Assembly (NCBI GenBank): GCA_045863295.1
Contig: BTWA01000041.1
Location: 1-55,528, forward strand
Reading direction: 5' to 3'
Source of the DNA: Candidatus Hydrogenedentota bacterium
Lineage (GTDB): Bacteria; Hydrogenedentota; Hydrogenedentia; Hydrogenedentales; SLHB01
Length of the DNA: 55,528 nucleotides
Shown here piece after piece: positions 19,955-29,746 of this stretch. The translations under genes were made by a program, and so were the position numbers. Each line of letters opens with the position of its first letter. Positions within the stretch are counted from its first letter, which is position 1. The notes under the pieces were generated by a model. The model searched no databases, had not been told where the DNA came from, and saw only the letters and a list, made by a program, of their open reading frames with translations.

Positions 19955-22900
19955 ATGGGTTCTCTAATCAGACGGTTGGTGTGGTGCGTCCGGCGAAGCC
20001 GGGATATGGTCTGGGCGGCAGCGACGTTGAGCGTCTGCTCGTCATTTGCATCCGCTGATATCTCGTATCATTTCGAACGAATCATTCCGAGTGTCCCTAA
20101 GGCATGGGATTTGAACTCGCTAATCGCCATCGATATCGATGAGGAAGGGAAGGCATACCTCATCAAGTCCGATGGTTTGGCTAATATTGCGCAAGTGTTG
20201 AAGTATGACCGCGATGGCCGGCTTGTCACTACTTGGGGCAGCGTAGGCGTTGGCGCAGGCCAATTTACCAGCCCGCACGATGTTGCCGCGGACGCACACG
20301 GCTACGTGTACGTCTTGGAAGCAAACCGCGTCCAAAAGTTTACGGACGACGGAATCTTCGTGACGTCTTGGGGCGGAACTGGAGCGCTGGAAGGTCAGTT
20401 TCAGACCGCCCGCGGTATTGCCGTCGATGGTGTGGGCAATGTGTATGTTGCGGACACTGGAAACAACCGCATCCAAGTATTCGACGCGGATGGGATCTTT
20501 CAACGAGCGTGGGGTTCAGGGGGTGGAGACGACGGCCAATTCAACCAGCCGACCAGCCTTTGCGTGGACGATGCGGGGAACGTATTTGTCGTTGATCGCG
20601 TAAATGACCGTATTCAGAAGTTTTCCAGCGACGGCACTCATCTGGGCACCGCCGGCGGAATTAACGATCCCTTGTCCATTGATTGCGACGCTCTTGGAGC
20701 AGTCTATGTGGTCGACTTTTTCGCGGCCAATATCCAGGTTTTTGAGAATAATCTGGTTGCGCGAACCACCATTGGCGCCAGCGGCACGACATCCGGCAAC
20801 TTGGAATCGCCTTGTTGCATTGCTGTTTCTCGTGACAGCATCGCATTTGTCGCGGATCAGGTTGTTCCAGGCGTGCACATCTTTCAGGAGAACGGCCAGT
20901 TTCTTGGCAAGTGGAACACAGCCAGCGGCGATCTAGGCGATTTCCTGAATCCACTGGACGTGCATATCGGCCCCAACGGCAAATTGTATGTTGCAGACAG
21001 CGGTGTTTTTCGCTTGCAACAACTGACGATGGGCGGCATTCCCGAGGCTGCCGTGGGGGCGTTCGGCGTCAACGCAGGTCAATTTATTACAGTCAATGCG
21101 GTGGCCGCGGAGGAGAACAGTCTCGGGAATCTTATTATCTACGTGCTGGACGAGACGCAGAACAAGGTCCAAGCCTTCCAAGAAAATCTCACGTCATTTT
21201 ATCAATTCTCCGACACCCTCGATTTGCCCAATCCGGTGGACTTGGTCGCGGACAGCACAGGTGACATTCTCGTTCTGGATGGAACCAATAGCTATATTCT
21301 GAAATACCAGACCTCCACCGCGACGGCGTTCATTCCCCCGGCACAGCTGAACCCGCCTATCGGGTTGGGGCCGGGGGCAGGGAACGGACAATTTCAGTCG
21401 CCTTCCGGTATGGGGATCGACTCCAGCAACAATATTTACGTTGCCGATACCGGCAATGAGCGCATTCAGAAGTTGAATGCCGCCGGGGCTTTCGTTGCTG
21501 CATATCCCAAACCTATAACCGGGACATGGGAGCCTATCGATGTAACTGTCGACGCCGAAGGCAACATGATTGTTAGCCTGCTCGATCCGGCGGGAATCGA
21601 TGTATTGTCGCCCACGGGTACGCTGGTAGCCTCTCTTCGGGGCGAAGATATTTTCCAGCGGGGCTTAGCCGGGGTGGATGTGGATAGTGATGGAAACATT
21701 TACTTTGCGGATTCCGGCCGCGGGGCGGTTCATAAATACGCGAAAGCGGATTCTTCCTTGGCAAAGTTTGCACGTGTCGCGGCTCCCCCGGCGGTGAATA
21801 AGGCGGTCATTGTTTCGGGCGGCGGACCGTTTGACGGGAACTTCCTGTGGGACGCGACTCAAGTCTCAGCCAATGCGGCCTACTGGACGCTGCTTTATCA
21901 GGGATTTCCGAAGGACAACATACAGTACTTGTCGCCCGTGACCGACACCGACGTAGATGGAAATGGGGCGAACGACGATGTAGATGCATTTGGATCCGTG
22001 GCAAACATTCAAGCGGCCATAGAGACCTGGGCTGCGGGTCCTGAAGAAGTGGAGAATGTCACGATTTATCTGGTCGATCACGGTGGTACACAGTCGTTCC
22101 GCGCCAATCCATCCGAGATACTTAACGCTTCCGACCTCGCCCTATGGCTTGACACATTACAGGAGGAGATTTCTGGAACGTTGACCGTGGTGTACGACGC
22201 ATGTGAGGCAGGATCTTTTCTCAGTACGCTGGCTTCGGCTACGTATTCGGATCGCCGGATCGTCATTGCGAGTACGACCCCAGGTCAGGAAGCTTACTTT
22301 GTTACAGGCGGGGTCATCTCATTTTCCGGCATCTTTTGGATGGATATTCTCAACGGCGTGAGCGTTGCCAATGCTTTTGACGCGGCCGCCGGTGTACTGG
22401 ACACGTTGGACCAATCGCCGGTGATAGACGACAACGGCGATGGCGTTGGTAGTGAAGACACGGCGGGATCGGACGGTTCGCTTGCCAGCGACACCTACAT
22501 CACGACGTCGGTAACCGGACTAGGCATTCCCCAATTCTGGGCTGCACCAAACATTTCTGGCGTGACCATTACTCCGCCGTCGCCAGGTAGCAGCACCGGA
22601 ACGATTGACGTAGGAAGTGTGCAGATTGGCTCGGGTCATGTCGCGCGCGTTTGGGCAGTGATTCGCCCGCCCGAAGTGGTGAAGCCGGCGACGACCATAC
22701 CGGTCACCAAACTACCTACGGCCGAATTGCGCAGGACCATGGTCCTGAATGAATGGGAGGGGACCTTTCGGGGTTTTACCACTGAGGGCGAATACGACAT
22801 TACCATTCACGCGATCGACGATAATGGCATTCCAGCAATACCGTTTAACACATCGATTATCGTGGGAGGGCCGCCTCGCCGGCGGGTCTTAATCGTCGGA

Positions 22901-25870
22901 GGTGGAGCGACTTCAGATCCCGATCGAACGGCCATTGACAACCTTACGGTTGGCGCTTACAACGCGTTGCGTTTTCAAGGCGTTGCCGATGCGGACATCC
23001 AATTTCTTTCCCAGGCTTCTGGCGGACCCGTGGACGACCTCGCCTCGGTAGCCAACATTGAGAACGCAGTGACAACGTGGGCCGGGACCAATACACAAGA
23101 CTTGGTTCTCTACTTTGTAGGACCCGGGTTGCCTGCAGGGTTTGATGTTAATGGTAGCGACTTCCTCAACTGGTCCGACCTCGATGGATGGTTGGATACG
23201 CTACAGGCGACATTGCCGGGAACAGTAGTTGTCATTGCCGATACTCCGGCCTCAGGTGCCATTCTGCCTGTCATGACGCCACCGGCAGGCAGGACCCGCA
23301 TACTTGTTTCTAGTGCGAATGCCGGGCAAGACGCCATTTTCGCCGGGGCCGGCGTCATCAGCTTTTCGAAACTTTTTTGGGCGCATATCGCCTTGGGCGA
23401 ATCGGTGGGGTCCGCCTTCCAAGTCTCGGCCCCTGCCGTGGAAATCGTGTCCGGACAAACCGCTATGCTGGACGATAGTGCCGACGGGACTTACGACACC
23501 AAGGATGACGGTGCTCTCGCTGCTCTTTACTTTATTGGCGGAGGCATTGGCTATTCTGGCGATGAACCGGTAATAGGGGACTGGATGGAAGATGAAGTCC
23601 TGTCATCGCCTTCGGTAATTGAGATTTGGGCCGATCCGGTCACTTCGTTGCTAACGCTGGATGGAGCCATTGCAGTTATCACTCCTCCAAATGGAGAGGC
23701 AGTGGAAATAGTCCTGAACCCCGATGGCGAGGCCCGCTTTTCCAATACGTATAATTTCGATTCCTTTGGTGTGTATGGCATTGACATCCGCGCATTCGAC
23801 ACGCGTGGTGCCTCGTCGTTGCCGGCAACCGCCACCGTCTACTTTCCAAATCCCGCCGGAGTGACTCCCGATGCCTATGAAGAAGACAACGCCCCGGCGT
23901 CCGCACGGTGGATTGGGGTCGACGCATTTCCGGATCAACAACACAACTTTCATGAGGACGGGGATCAGGATTGGGTAGAATTCTTTGCCGCCTCGGGCGA
24001 AACCGTCACAATTGAGACGAACGCACTCGGAATCAATTGCGACACGCTCGTTGAATTGTTTCAAAGCGACGGGACAACGCTATTGGCCGACAACGACGAC
24101 CGAGGTCCATCCAATCGATCCTCGCGCGTTGTATATCCAGTTACGGCCAATGGCAACTATCGTATCCGAGTGTCAAAATCGCCCGCCGCGACTGTGACCG
24201 GTTATGGAGAGGGATCTGAATATAGCCTGCGCGTGTGGCATGAAACCGGCCCTGACCTGCCGGGCAGCCTCATAGTTACCGTGATGAACGATTTGGGTGT
24301 TCCGGTACCTGGGGCGCAAATCGAGCTGACAAGCAATGCGCCGTTTTGGCAGGTTTCCCAATCCTCCGGCGTGGGTGGAACATATTCCTTTCTCGGATTG
24401 GATGCGGGTTCCTACTCAGTCGTGGCCTCGGCTGCGGGGTATGGACCGTCATCCCCGACACCCGTCTCAATCTTTTCAGGGTCGAATGAGAATCGGCAGT
24501 TGGTTGTTCAGTCGAATCCGGGATCGATTCACTGTGTGATTGGACCGGCAAGTGCCGTGGCCGCCGGTGCTCAATGGCGAATCGATGGCGGCGTCTTCAA
24601 CAACAGCGGTGCGACGGTTGTCGCTTCACCCGGCAACCGTGTTGTGTCGTTTAAGGATGTGCCAGGCTGGATTACTCCCGCTCAGGTCAACGTATCCGTG
24701 ACCTCCGGTGTTACGGCGGAGGCCTCTGGTACATATGTTGCTGCGACGCTGCCCACTCCACAAAACGTCCAGGCCAGTGATGGCAGCTTCACGGATCGCG
24801 TTCAGATCACCTGGTCTGCCGTGGCTGGAGCGGGGGGATATCGTGTTTACAAGAACACGGTCAACGATTCTGCGACGGCTACCTTGCTGGGGGAGACGGG
24901 AGACCTCGTCGCGAATGACTTTGGTGCACAGCCACCCACCGTATCGGGTGGTGGATGTACGGGCCCCGGAAGCACCAACTTCACCACCTATTTTTATTGG
25001 ATACAAGCGGCCGCGCCGGGAGGATTGGAGAGTTCGCTAAGTACAAGCGATTCGGGCTATCGAGGCGCAACCACGAAATTGCTTACGGATATGTGGTTTT
25101 ATGACGTGTACGAATTGGCATTACCTTCGATTCCGCTTGGACAGGGGGTGCGCGCGGTGCAGCAGGACGAATGGATTGCTGTACGGCTCATGTCCGACGA
25201 TGAAGTCAACGCGGATTCAGTTCGAGCAACCGTAAATGGCGAGGACCTGCCTACCGATCGCGTGTCATGGGTTCCAGTGGTCAAGGGCTCGGGCGGTGAT
25301 GGCTGGGTGGTTATCCGCCCCGATGTCGAATGGGCCATGGAGACCGACTTGGCGATAGAAGCGTCGGGTGTCGACGGGCAAGGATTCGTCATCGAGTCGG
25401 ACCTGTTCGTGTTTCGTGTCGCCATGTATGCGTCGCCCGTTTACCCACCTTTGGAATCCGCGGTCTCGGGTATTGATCCGATTGTTATAGAAGATCCTGC
25501 AACACCCCTGTCTCCAGTTGATGTATATGTTCCTTACCCGGGGACGGCTTCGGTCGGGGAGGTGGATCTGTATTACTATGTCGAAGGTGAAGGTGAGGGT
25601 GAAGGAGCGTGGTACCCTGCCCATCAAGTGAACGGCTTGGATCCCAGGCTGGGTGATGACGTCGTATTACTCGATGGCATTCCGTCTATTCAACTCATTG
25701 TGAATCATGGTGGACTGTATCAATGGGGCGAGGCTACCGAATCCAGCGACGCACCTTCGGGATTTGTTGCCTCTACCGGAATCGGATTTGCGGGCGTCTA
25801 TGTGCTATCACTTTTGCTCCTATTCGGATGCCGACGATTATTCCGTCCAGCGCATTTCCGGTATCGGTGA
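19955..25870 (+). CDS. Giant surface protein: NHL propellers + two C13/caspase-like domains + PPC-like, carboxypeptidase-regulatory-like and FN3-like domains + C-terminal TM anchor
   Basis: Signal peptide; about 12 NHL repeats; YLVDHG...VYDACEAG His-Cys dyad; second copy FVGPG...IADTPASG; DAYEEDN..DQDW; ASDGSFTDRVQITW; hydrophobic tail followed by Arg-rich end. Confidence 0.85.
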   Translation: MGSLIRRLVWCVRRSRDMVWAAATLSVCSSFASADISYHFERIIPSVPKAWDLNSLIAIDIDEEGKAYLIKSDGLANIAQVLKYDRDGRLVTTWGSVGVGAGQFTSPHDVAADAHGYVYVLEANRVQKFTDDGIFVTSWGGTGALEGQFQTARGIAVDGVGNVYVADTGNNRIQVFDADGIFQRAWGSGGGDDGQFNQPTSLCVDDAGNVFVVDRVNDRIQKFSSDGTHLGTAGGINDPLSIDCDALGAVYVVDFFAANIQVFENNLVARTTIGASGTTSGNLESPCCIAVSRDSIAFVADQVVPGVHIFQENGQFLGKWNTASGDLGDFLNPLDVHIGPNGKLYVADSGVFRLQQLTMGGIPEAAVGAFGVNAGQFITVNAVAAEENSLGNLIIYVLDETQNKVQAFQENLTSFYQFSDTLDLPNPVDLVADSTGDILVLDGTNSYILKYQTSTATAFIPPAQLNPPIGLGPGAGNGQFQSPSGMGIDSSNNIYVADTGNERIQKLNAAGAFVAAYPKPITGTWEPIDVTVDAEGNMIVSLLDPAGIDVLSPTGTLVASLRGEDIFQRGLAGVDVDSDGNIYFADSGRGAVHKYAKADSSLAKFARVAAPPAVNKAVIVSGGGPFDGNFLWDATQVSANAAYWTLLYQGFPKDNIQYLSPVTDTDVDGNGANDDVDAFGSVANIQAAIETWAAGPEEVENVTIYLVDHGGTQSFRANPSEILNASDLALWLDTLQEEISGTLTVVYDACEAGSFLSTLASATYSDRRIVIASTTPGQEAYFVTGGVISFSGIFWMDILNGVSVANAFDAAAGVLDTLDQSPVIDDNGDGVGSEDTAGSDGSLASDTYITTSVTGLGIPQFWAAPNISGVTITPPSPGSSTGTIDVGSVQIGSGHVARVWAVIRPPEVVKPATTIPVTKLPTAELRRTMVLNEWEGTFRGFTTEGEYDITIHAIDDNGIPAIPFNTSIIVGGPPRRRVLIVGGGATSDPDRTAIDNLTVGAYNALRFQGVADADIQFLSQASGGPVDDLASVANIENAVTTWAGTNTQDLVLYFVGPGLPAGFDVNGSDFLNWSDLDGWLDTLQATLPGTVVVIADTPASGAILPVMTPPAGRTRILVSSANAGQDAIFAGAGVISFSKLFWAHIALGESVGSAFQVSAPAVEIVSGQTAMLDDSADGTYDTKDDGALAALYFIGGGIGYSGDEPVIGDWMEDEVLSSPSVIEIWADPVTSLLTLDGAIAVITPPNGEAVEIVLNPDGEARFSNTYNFDSFGVYGIDIRAFDTRGASSLPATATVYFPNPAGVTPDAYEEDNAPASARWIGVDAFPDQQHNFHEDGDQDWVEFFAASGETVTIETNALGINCDTLVELFQSDGTTLLADNDDRGPSNRSSRVVYPVTANGNYRIRVSKSPAATVTGYGEGSEYSLRVWHETGPDLPGSLIVTVMNDLGVPVPGAQIELTSNAPFWQVSQSSGVGGTYSFLGLDAGSYSVVASAAGYGPSSPTPVSIFSGSNENRQLVVQSNPGSIHCVIGPASAVAAGAQWRIDGGVFNNSGATVVASPGNRVVSFKDVPGWITPAQVNVSVTSGVTAEASGTYVAATLPTPQNVQASDGSFTDRVQITWSAVAGAGGYRVYKNTVNDSATATLLGETGDLVANDFGAQPPTVSGGGCTGPGSTNFTTYFYWIQAAAPGGLESSLSTSDSGYRGATTKLLTDMWFYDVYELALPSIPLGQGVRAVQQDEWIAVRLMSDDEVNADSVRATVNGEDLPTDRVSWVPVVKGSGGDGWVVIRPDVEWAMETDLAIEASGVDGQGFVIESDLFVFRVAMYASPVYPPLESAVSGIDPIVIEDPATPLSPVDVYVPYPGTASVGEVDLYYYVEGEGEGEGAWYPAHQVNGLDPRLGDDVVLLDGIPSIQLIVNHGGLYQWGEATESSDAPSGFVASTGIGFAGVYVLSLLLLFGCRRLFRPAHFRYR

Positions 25871-26034
25871 CTCGCCGCTCATTCTCTGTCGAATCCATAT
25901 GTGTGGTTGGGCTTGCCCAATTCCGTTCTCAAAGTTGCGTCATTGCCGCACAACCTATAGGTTAGTACATAGTTTGCGTCATGCAACGGCTCTTTTAGCC
26001 GGGTATTCTGCATTCTGAGCAGGAGGAGAAGTTC

Positions 26035-27351
26035 ATGCTGTTGCGTCAATGGGCACTAGCTGTGCCGCTGTTTTGGGCCTTTGTGTGCCCTGTGCCCGCA
26101 CAAGAGACTGGGGAGACAACGCCGGCCGAGACTCCCGAGACTGCCATTTCCCCCGAAGAACGAGTCCGGGCATTGGCCGATTTCTATGCGAGCCTCGATT
26201 CGTTCTCCACGGAGTACACGGAGTCTATGAAAATCGAGACCCAGGGCATGAAACAGGCCATGGACACTCACTATTTCTGTGCGGTGCAGAAGCCAAACCG
26301 GTTTGCTCTTACTCACAAGAGTGGCATGGCCGGCCCCACGCAGATTTCAGACGGCGTCAAAATGACCACCTATATGCCTAACATGAACCAATATACTGTT
26401 GAGGATGCCCCTGCCACCCTTCAAGAGATTATCGAACCCCTGGATATGTTCTCCGGCCCTGTAAGTTCTGGAGTGGTTTGGAAGACGCTTCTGGGCGAGA
26501 AACCCTATGATCTGATAATGGAAGGTGTGGGGAAGTCAGAGTACGTGGGAACCGTCACGGAGAATGGCAAGACGTTGCACCAAATCCGCCTCCTCAAGGA
26601 CAAGATGGCGGCAGACCTTTGGATACTGGACGGAGACACCCCGTGGCTCTCGAAGCTCTCTTTTGACCTTTCGAGTTCCATGAAGGACATGATAGGGGAT
26701 GACGCCGCCAAGACCGCGCCCATGTCGTTCGTCATTGAGTTTATCTTTCAACAGTGGACAGAGGTCCCTCAACTTTCGGACGATACTTTTCGATTCTATC
26801 CACCAGATGGCGCCAAGCAAGCCGAGTCGATTTACGACATGTACGGAATGGAAGATGCCGACAAGGGGGTTGAGCATCTGATCGGGACAGATGCTCCTGA
26901 TTTCGAACTCGACGACCTTAGTGGCAGCAAAGTAAAGTTGTCTGAACATTTTGGAAAACAGATAGTCGTCTTGGATTTCTGGGCGACCTGGTGTCCACCG
27001 TGTGTAAAAGGATTGCCCATTGTTTCTGAAGTCACAGATATTTACAGAGAAAAGGGTGTCCTGTTTTATGCTGTAAATCAGCAAGAAACCAAGGAGGTCA
27101 TCGAGGATTTTCTTGAGAAAGAGAAACTTGACATACAGGTAGTCCTGGATCGGGATGGCTCAGTTGGCGATCGCTACGCTGTAACCGGAATTCCTCAAAC
27201 TGTTATTGTCGGCAAAGATGGGAAGATTAAGTCTGTACACGTGGGGCTGCTCCCCAATCTGGACAAACGGCTCGGAGACGAGCTTGAATCGTTGATAGCC
27301 GACGAGATTCAAGCCGTCGACGTGAGTACATCTGATTCGGGGCGTCAATAG
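26035..27351 (+). CDS. Exported DUF2092/LolA-like domain fused to TlpA-family thiol-disulfide oxidoreductase
   Basis: Signal peptide; QKPNRF..ISDG....Y.P..NQYT N-domain; APDFEL.DL.G, DFWATWCPPC, GIPQT cis-Pro; AGGAGGAG RBS. Confidence 0.88.
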   Translation: MLLRQWALAVPLFWAFVCPVPAQETGETTPAETPETAISPEERVRALADFYASLDSFSTEYTESMKIETQGMKQAMDTHYFCAVQKPNRFALTHKSGMAGPTQISDGVKMTTYMPNMNQYTVEDAPATLQEIIEPLDMFSGPVSSGVVWKTLLGEKPYDLIMEGVGKSEYVGTVTENGKTLHQIRLLKDKMAADLWILDGDTPWLSKLSFDLSSSMKDMIGDDAAKTAPMSFVIEFIFQQWTEVPQLSDDTFRFYPPDGAKQAESIYDMYGMEDADKGVEHLIGTDAPDFELDDLSGSKVKLSEHFGKQIVVLDFWATWCPPCVKGLPIVSEVTDIYREKGVLFYAVNQQETKEVIEDFLEKEKLDIQVVLDRDGSVGDRYAVTGIPQTVIVGKDGKIKSVHVGLLPNLDKRLGDELESLIADEIQAVDVSTSDSGRQ

Positions 27352-27446
27352 CGCATTACGTAATTGATTGACTATTCTAAGGCGAAACGCATTTTATAAT
27401 CAAAGGTAGATATATCAGTATACTTGTATTTTCTTGCGGATTTTAC

Positions 27447-27475
27447 TTGACGATATTCTCATATAGTGATACATT
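27447..27475 (+). promoter_or_regulatory. Putative sigma70 promoter (extended -10) for the FapA/CheY-like operon
   Basis: TTGACG-17 bp-TACATT with TG at 27467-27468, in an AT-rich intergenic region. Confidence 0.6.
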
Positions 27476-27784
27476 TGTCTCAGTCTGGAAATGTGTGCCG
27501 TAGTTCGTGAAATTCCGACCTGATATCCCTGGGTCGAATGGCTGTCTTCTCCACCCATATTCGGGTACAGCCGTGGAGCGTGAAGCACATGTTGGATGGG
27601 GCTCTGGATAAGACGTTCGGCCGTAACGTAGGCTGCCCTGATTATTTGTATGTTTCATTTGAAACACACCCTGTTCACTTCTTGTTTTGTAATGATTTAT
27701 ACGAAACATATGCGCACAAGGCCGCTCCCTTTCTGCCTGATCTATTCTTAACTTGCCTACAAATGTGCAACGCCGAGCCACACT

Positions 27785-29179
27785 ATGGATCCTAAGCCCG
27801 CTGTAGCACTCGAGATTAGCGAGGACCGTATGGAGGTCAGGCTCGACTGCCGCCCCAGTGGGTTTCCGCTCGACGAGTTGCTACAGTTGGTTCAGCAGGA
27901 ATTGGACCGCTATGGCCTCCCTGCAGCCACTCTTACGGAGCAGTGGGAGGAGAAGCTCGAAGATGCTCTAAAGGAGTCGGAAATCCTTGAGGGATTCCTG
28001 CTGGTGGAAGGCCAACGTTCCACACCACCTGTTGGCGGTTCCATTGAATGGGCCGGCGATTTCTTTAGCCAGGGCTTCGTCGTTGACCCTGAAACCGGGG
28101 CGGTGGACTTCCGAGAGCGAAAGGCGAAACCGGTAGTCTCTGAAGGACAGGCACTGGCTCGCATCATCCCCCCAATTGAAGGTACGGACGGAACGGATGT
28201 ATTCGGAAAGCGCGTTCCAGCCAAAAAAGCTGAATGGCCACGTCTGAAGCCCGGCAGAAACGTATTGTATGACGAGGAGCAGCTTGCCTTTACCGCGGCC
28301 ACCAGCGGACGAGTCCGGCTTCAGGGGTATTTCCTCGTGGTCGACGAAGTCTTGTCGTTGCCGGGCAGTGTAGGACTTGCAACGGGCCATATAAGCCATC
28401 CTGGGGCATTGGAAGTGGGGAAAGACATTGATCCAGGCTCTCGAATCCGGGCACACGGCGACGTCCACGTAGTGGGGTTTATAGAATCGGCCGACATTAG
28501 TGCCGGCGGCAGTCTGATAGTGGGAGGCGGTATCAATGGCCATGCGGCGGAAGCCATACACGCAGGCGGAGAGGTAAGGGCCCGTTACCTCAACGAGACC
28601 CGGGTAGTCGCCGAGGGCGACATTTCCATAGAGAAGGAGATAATCCACTGCTCGGTGGAAACCCGAGGGTCGTTGCATATGCCGAACGGACGAGTTGTCG
28701 GTGGACGCGTCGTTGCCAAGATGTTAATTGACGTTCGTGAGACGGGCAGTGCCAACGGAGTCCGCACCGAATTGGTTGCCGGTTGGACACCCGAGGAGAT
28801 GCGGCTCATTCAATCTCACATGAAACGAATCCACCATATCAAATCCAAGGTGTCCGAAATTCATCATGCGTTGGATCCATTGATGACGCGTGTGGATGAG
28901 TTTCAAGGCAACAAGCGCGAAATGATTTCTCAACTCATGGCCAAAAGCTATGAGTTGGAACAGCAATTGGCGGAAGAGCAGCATGCGTTGGACGAGATTA
29001 CCGGCGGTGGGCATCCGACTATTGTAATAAGGGGCAGGATGTTTCCCGATACCCTGTTATGCATAAACGGAACACGGTTGTTGCTGCGTGAAGAGGTTCA
29101 TGGGCCATTGCGCGCGATTACCGGAAACGGGCGGGTGAAACTGCTACGTGCGACCGTGAAAGGCGACTCAGTGATTTAG
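27785..29179 (+). CDS. FapA/DUF342 family protein
   Basis: LEISEDRMEV, VDFRE...V..GQ.LA...PP..G..G..VFG, V...TG.I...G.L.V..DI beta-helix and C-terminal coiled coil. Confidence 0.88.
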   Translation: MDPKPAVALEISEDRMEVRLDCRPSGFPLDELLQLVQQELDRYGLPAATLTEQWEEKLEDALKESEILEGFLLVEGQRSTPPVGGSIEWAGDFFSQGFVVDPETGAVDFRERKAKPVVSEGQALARIIPPIEGTDGTDVFGKRVPAKKAEWPRLKPGRNVLYDEEQLAFTAATSGRVRLQGYFLVVDEVLSLPGSVGLATGHISHPGALEVGKDIDPGSRIRAHGDVHVVGFIESADISAGGSLIVGGGINGHAAEAIHAGGEVRARYLNETRVVAEGDISIEKEIIHCSVETRGSLHMPNGRVVGGRVVAKMLIDVRETGSANGVRTELVAGWTPEEMRLIQSHMKRIHHIKSKVSEIHHALDPLMTRVDEFQGNKREMISQLMAKSYELEQQLAEEQHALDEITGGGHPTIVIRGRMFPDTLLCINGTRLLLREEVHGPLRAITGNGRVKLLRATVKGDSVI

Positions 29180-29229
29180 CGGTTTGTAGTCAAACGTGGG
29201 CGAATACCAAGCGGCGTGGGAAGACGATT

Positions 29230-29625
29230 ATGAAAGCGTTGGTGGTTGACGATTCGTCGGTAATGCGGCGAGTGCTTTTGGGAGCGCTGGCTCGTGTTAA
29301 TGTAACGGATGTGGATCAAGCGGTTACGGGAGAGCATGCCATTGATTTGGCGTCGACACGCAGCCACGGACTTATACTCCTTGATTGGAGCATGCCGGAT
29401 ATTCCAGGCATTGAGGTGTTAAGATCGATCCGGCTGCGCGGCGTAACGGCACCTGTCATCATGGTATCGACCGAGGCAGAGCGAGGCCGTGTATTGGAGG
29501 CCTTTAAGGCGGGCGCCAACGACTATGTAATTAAACCCTTCGAAACGGCGACGATGATCAATAAGATTCAGACGATCATCGCTCAGTTGTCCCTAACTAC
29601 GGATCGAACGGCAGCTGAAGCCTAG
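29230..29625 (+). CDS. Single-domain CheY-like response regulator
   Basis: MKALVVDDS, LLDWSMP, VST, YVIKPF. Confidence 0.92.
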   Translation: MKALVVDDSSVMRRVLLGALARVNVTDVDQAVTGEHAIDLASTRSHGLILLDWSMPDIPGIEVLRSIRLRGVTAPVIMVSTEAERGRVLEAFKAGANDYVIKPFETATMINKIQTIIAQLSLTTDRTAAEA

Positions 29626-29746
29626 CCTTCCTTTGGCATGTTTCAAGTTCTTGAATTCGTAGCGCGAATCGGGTCTGATACGTTCAGGCGCGATGCCGGA
29701 TTCGTTGCTTTGCTCCACGTCATTCAAGTCCACCTGTTCGAGCCAT

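Noticed and set aside
27443..27795. 112-aa and 85-aa ORFs in the AT-rich gap upstream of fapA
   Set aside because: No motifs or RBS; they overlap a promoter-like region.
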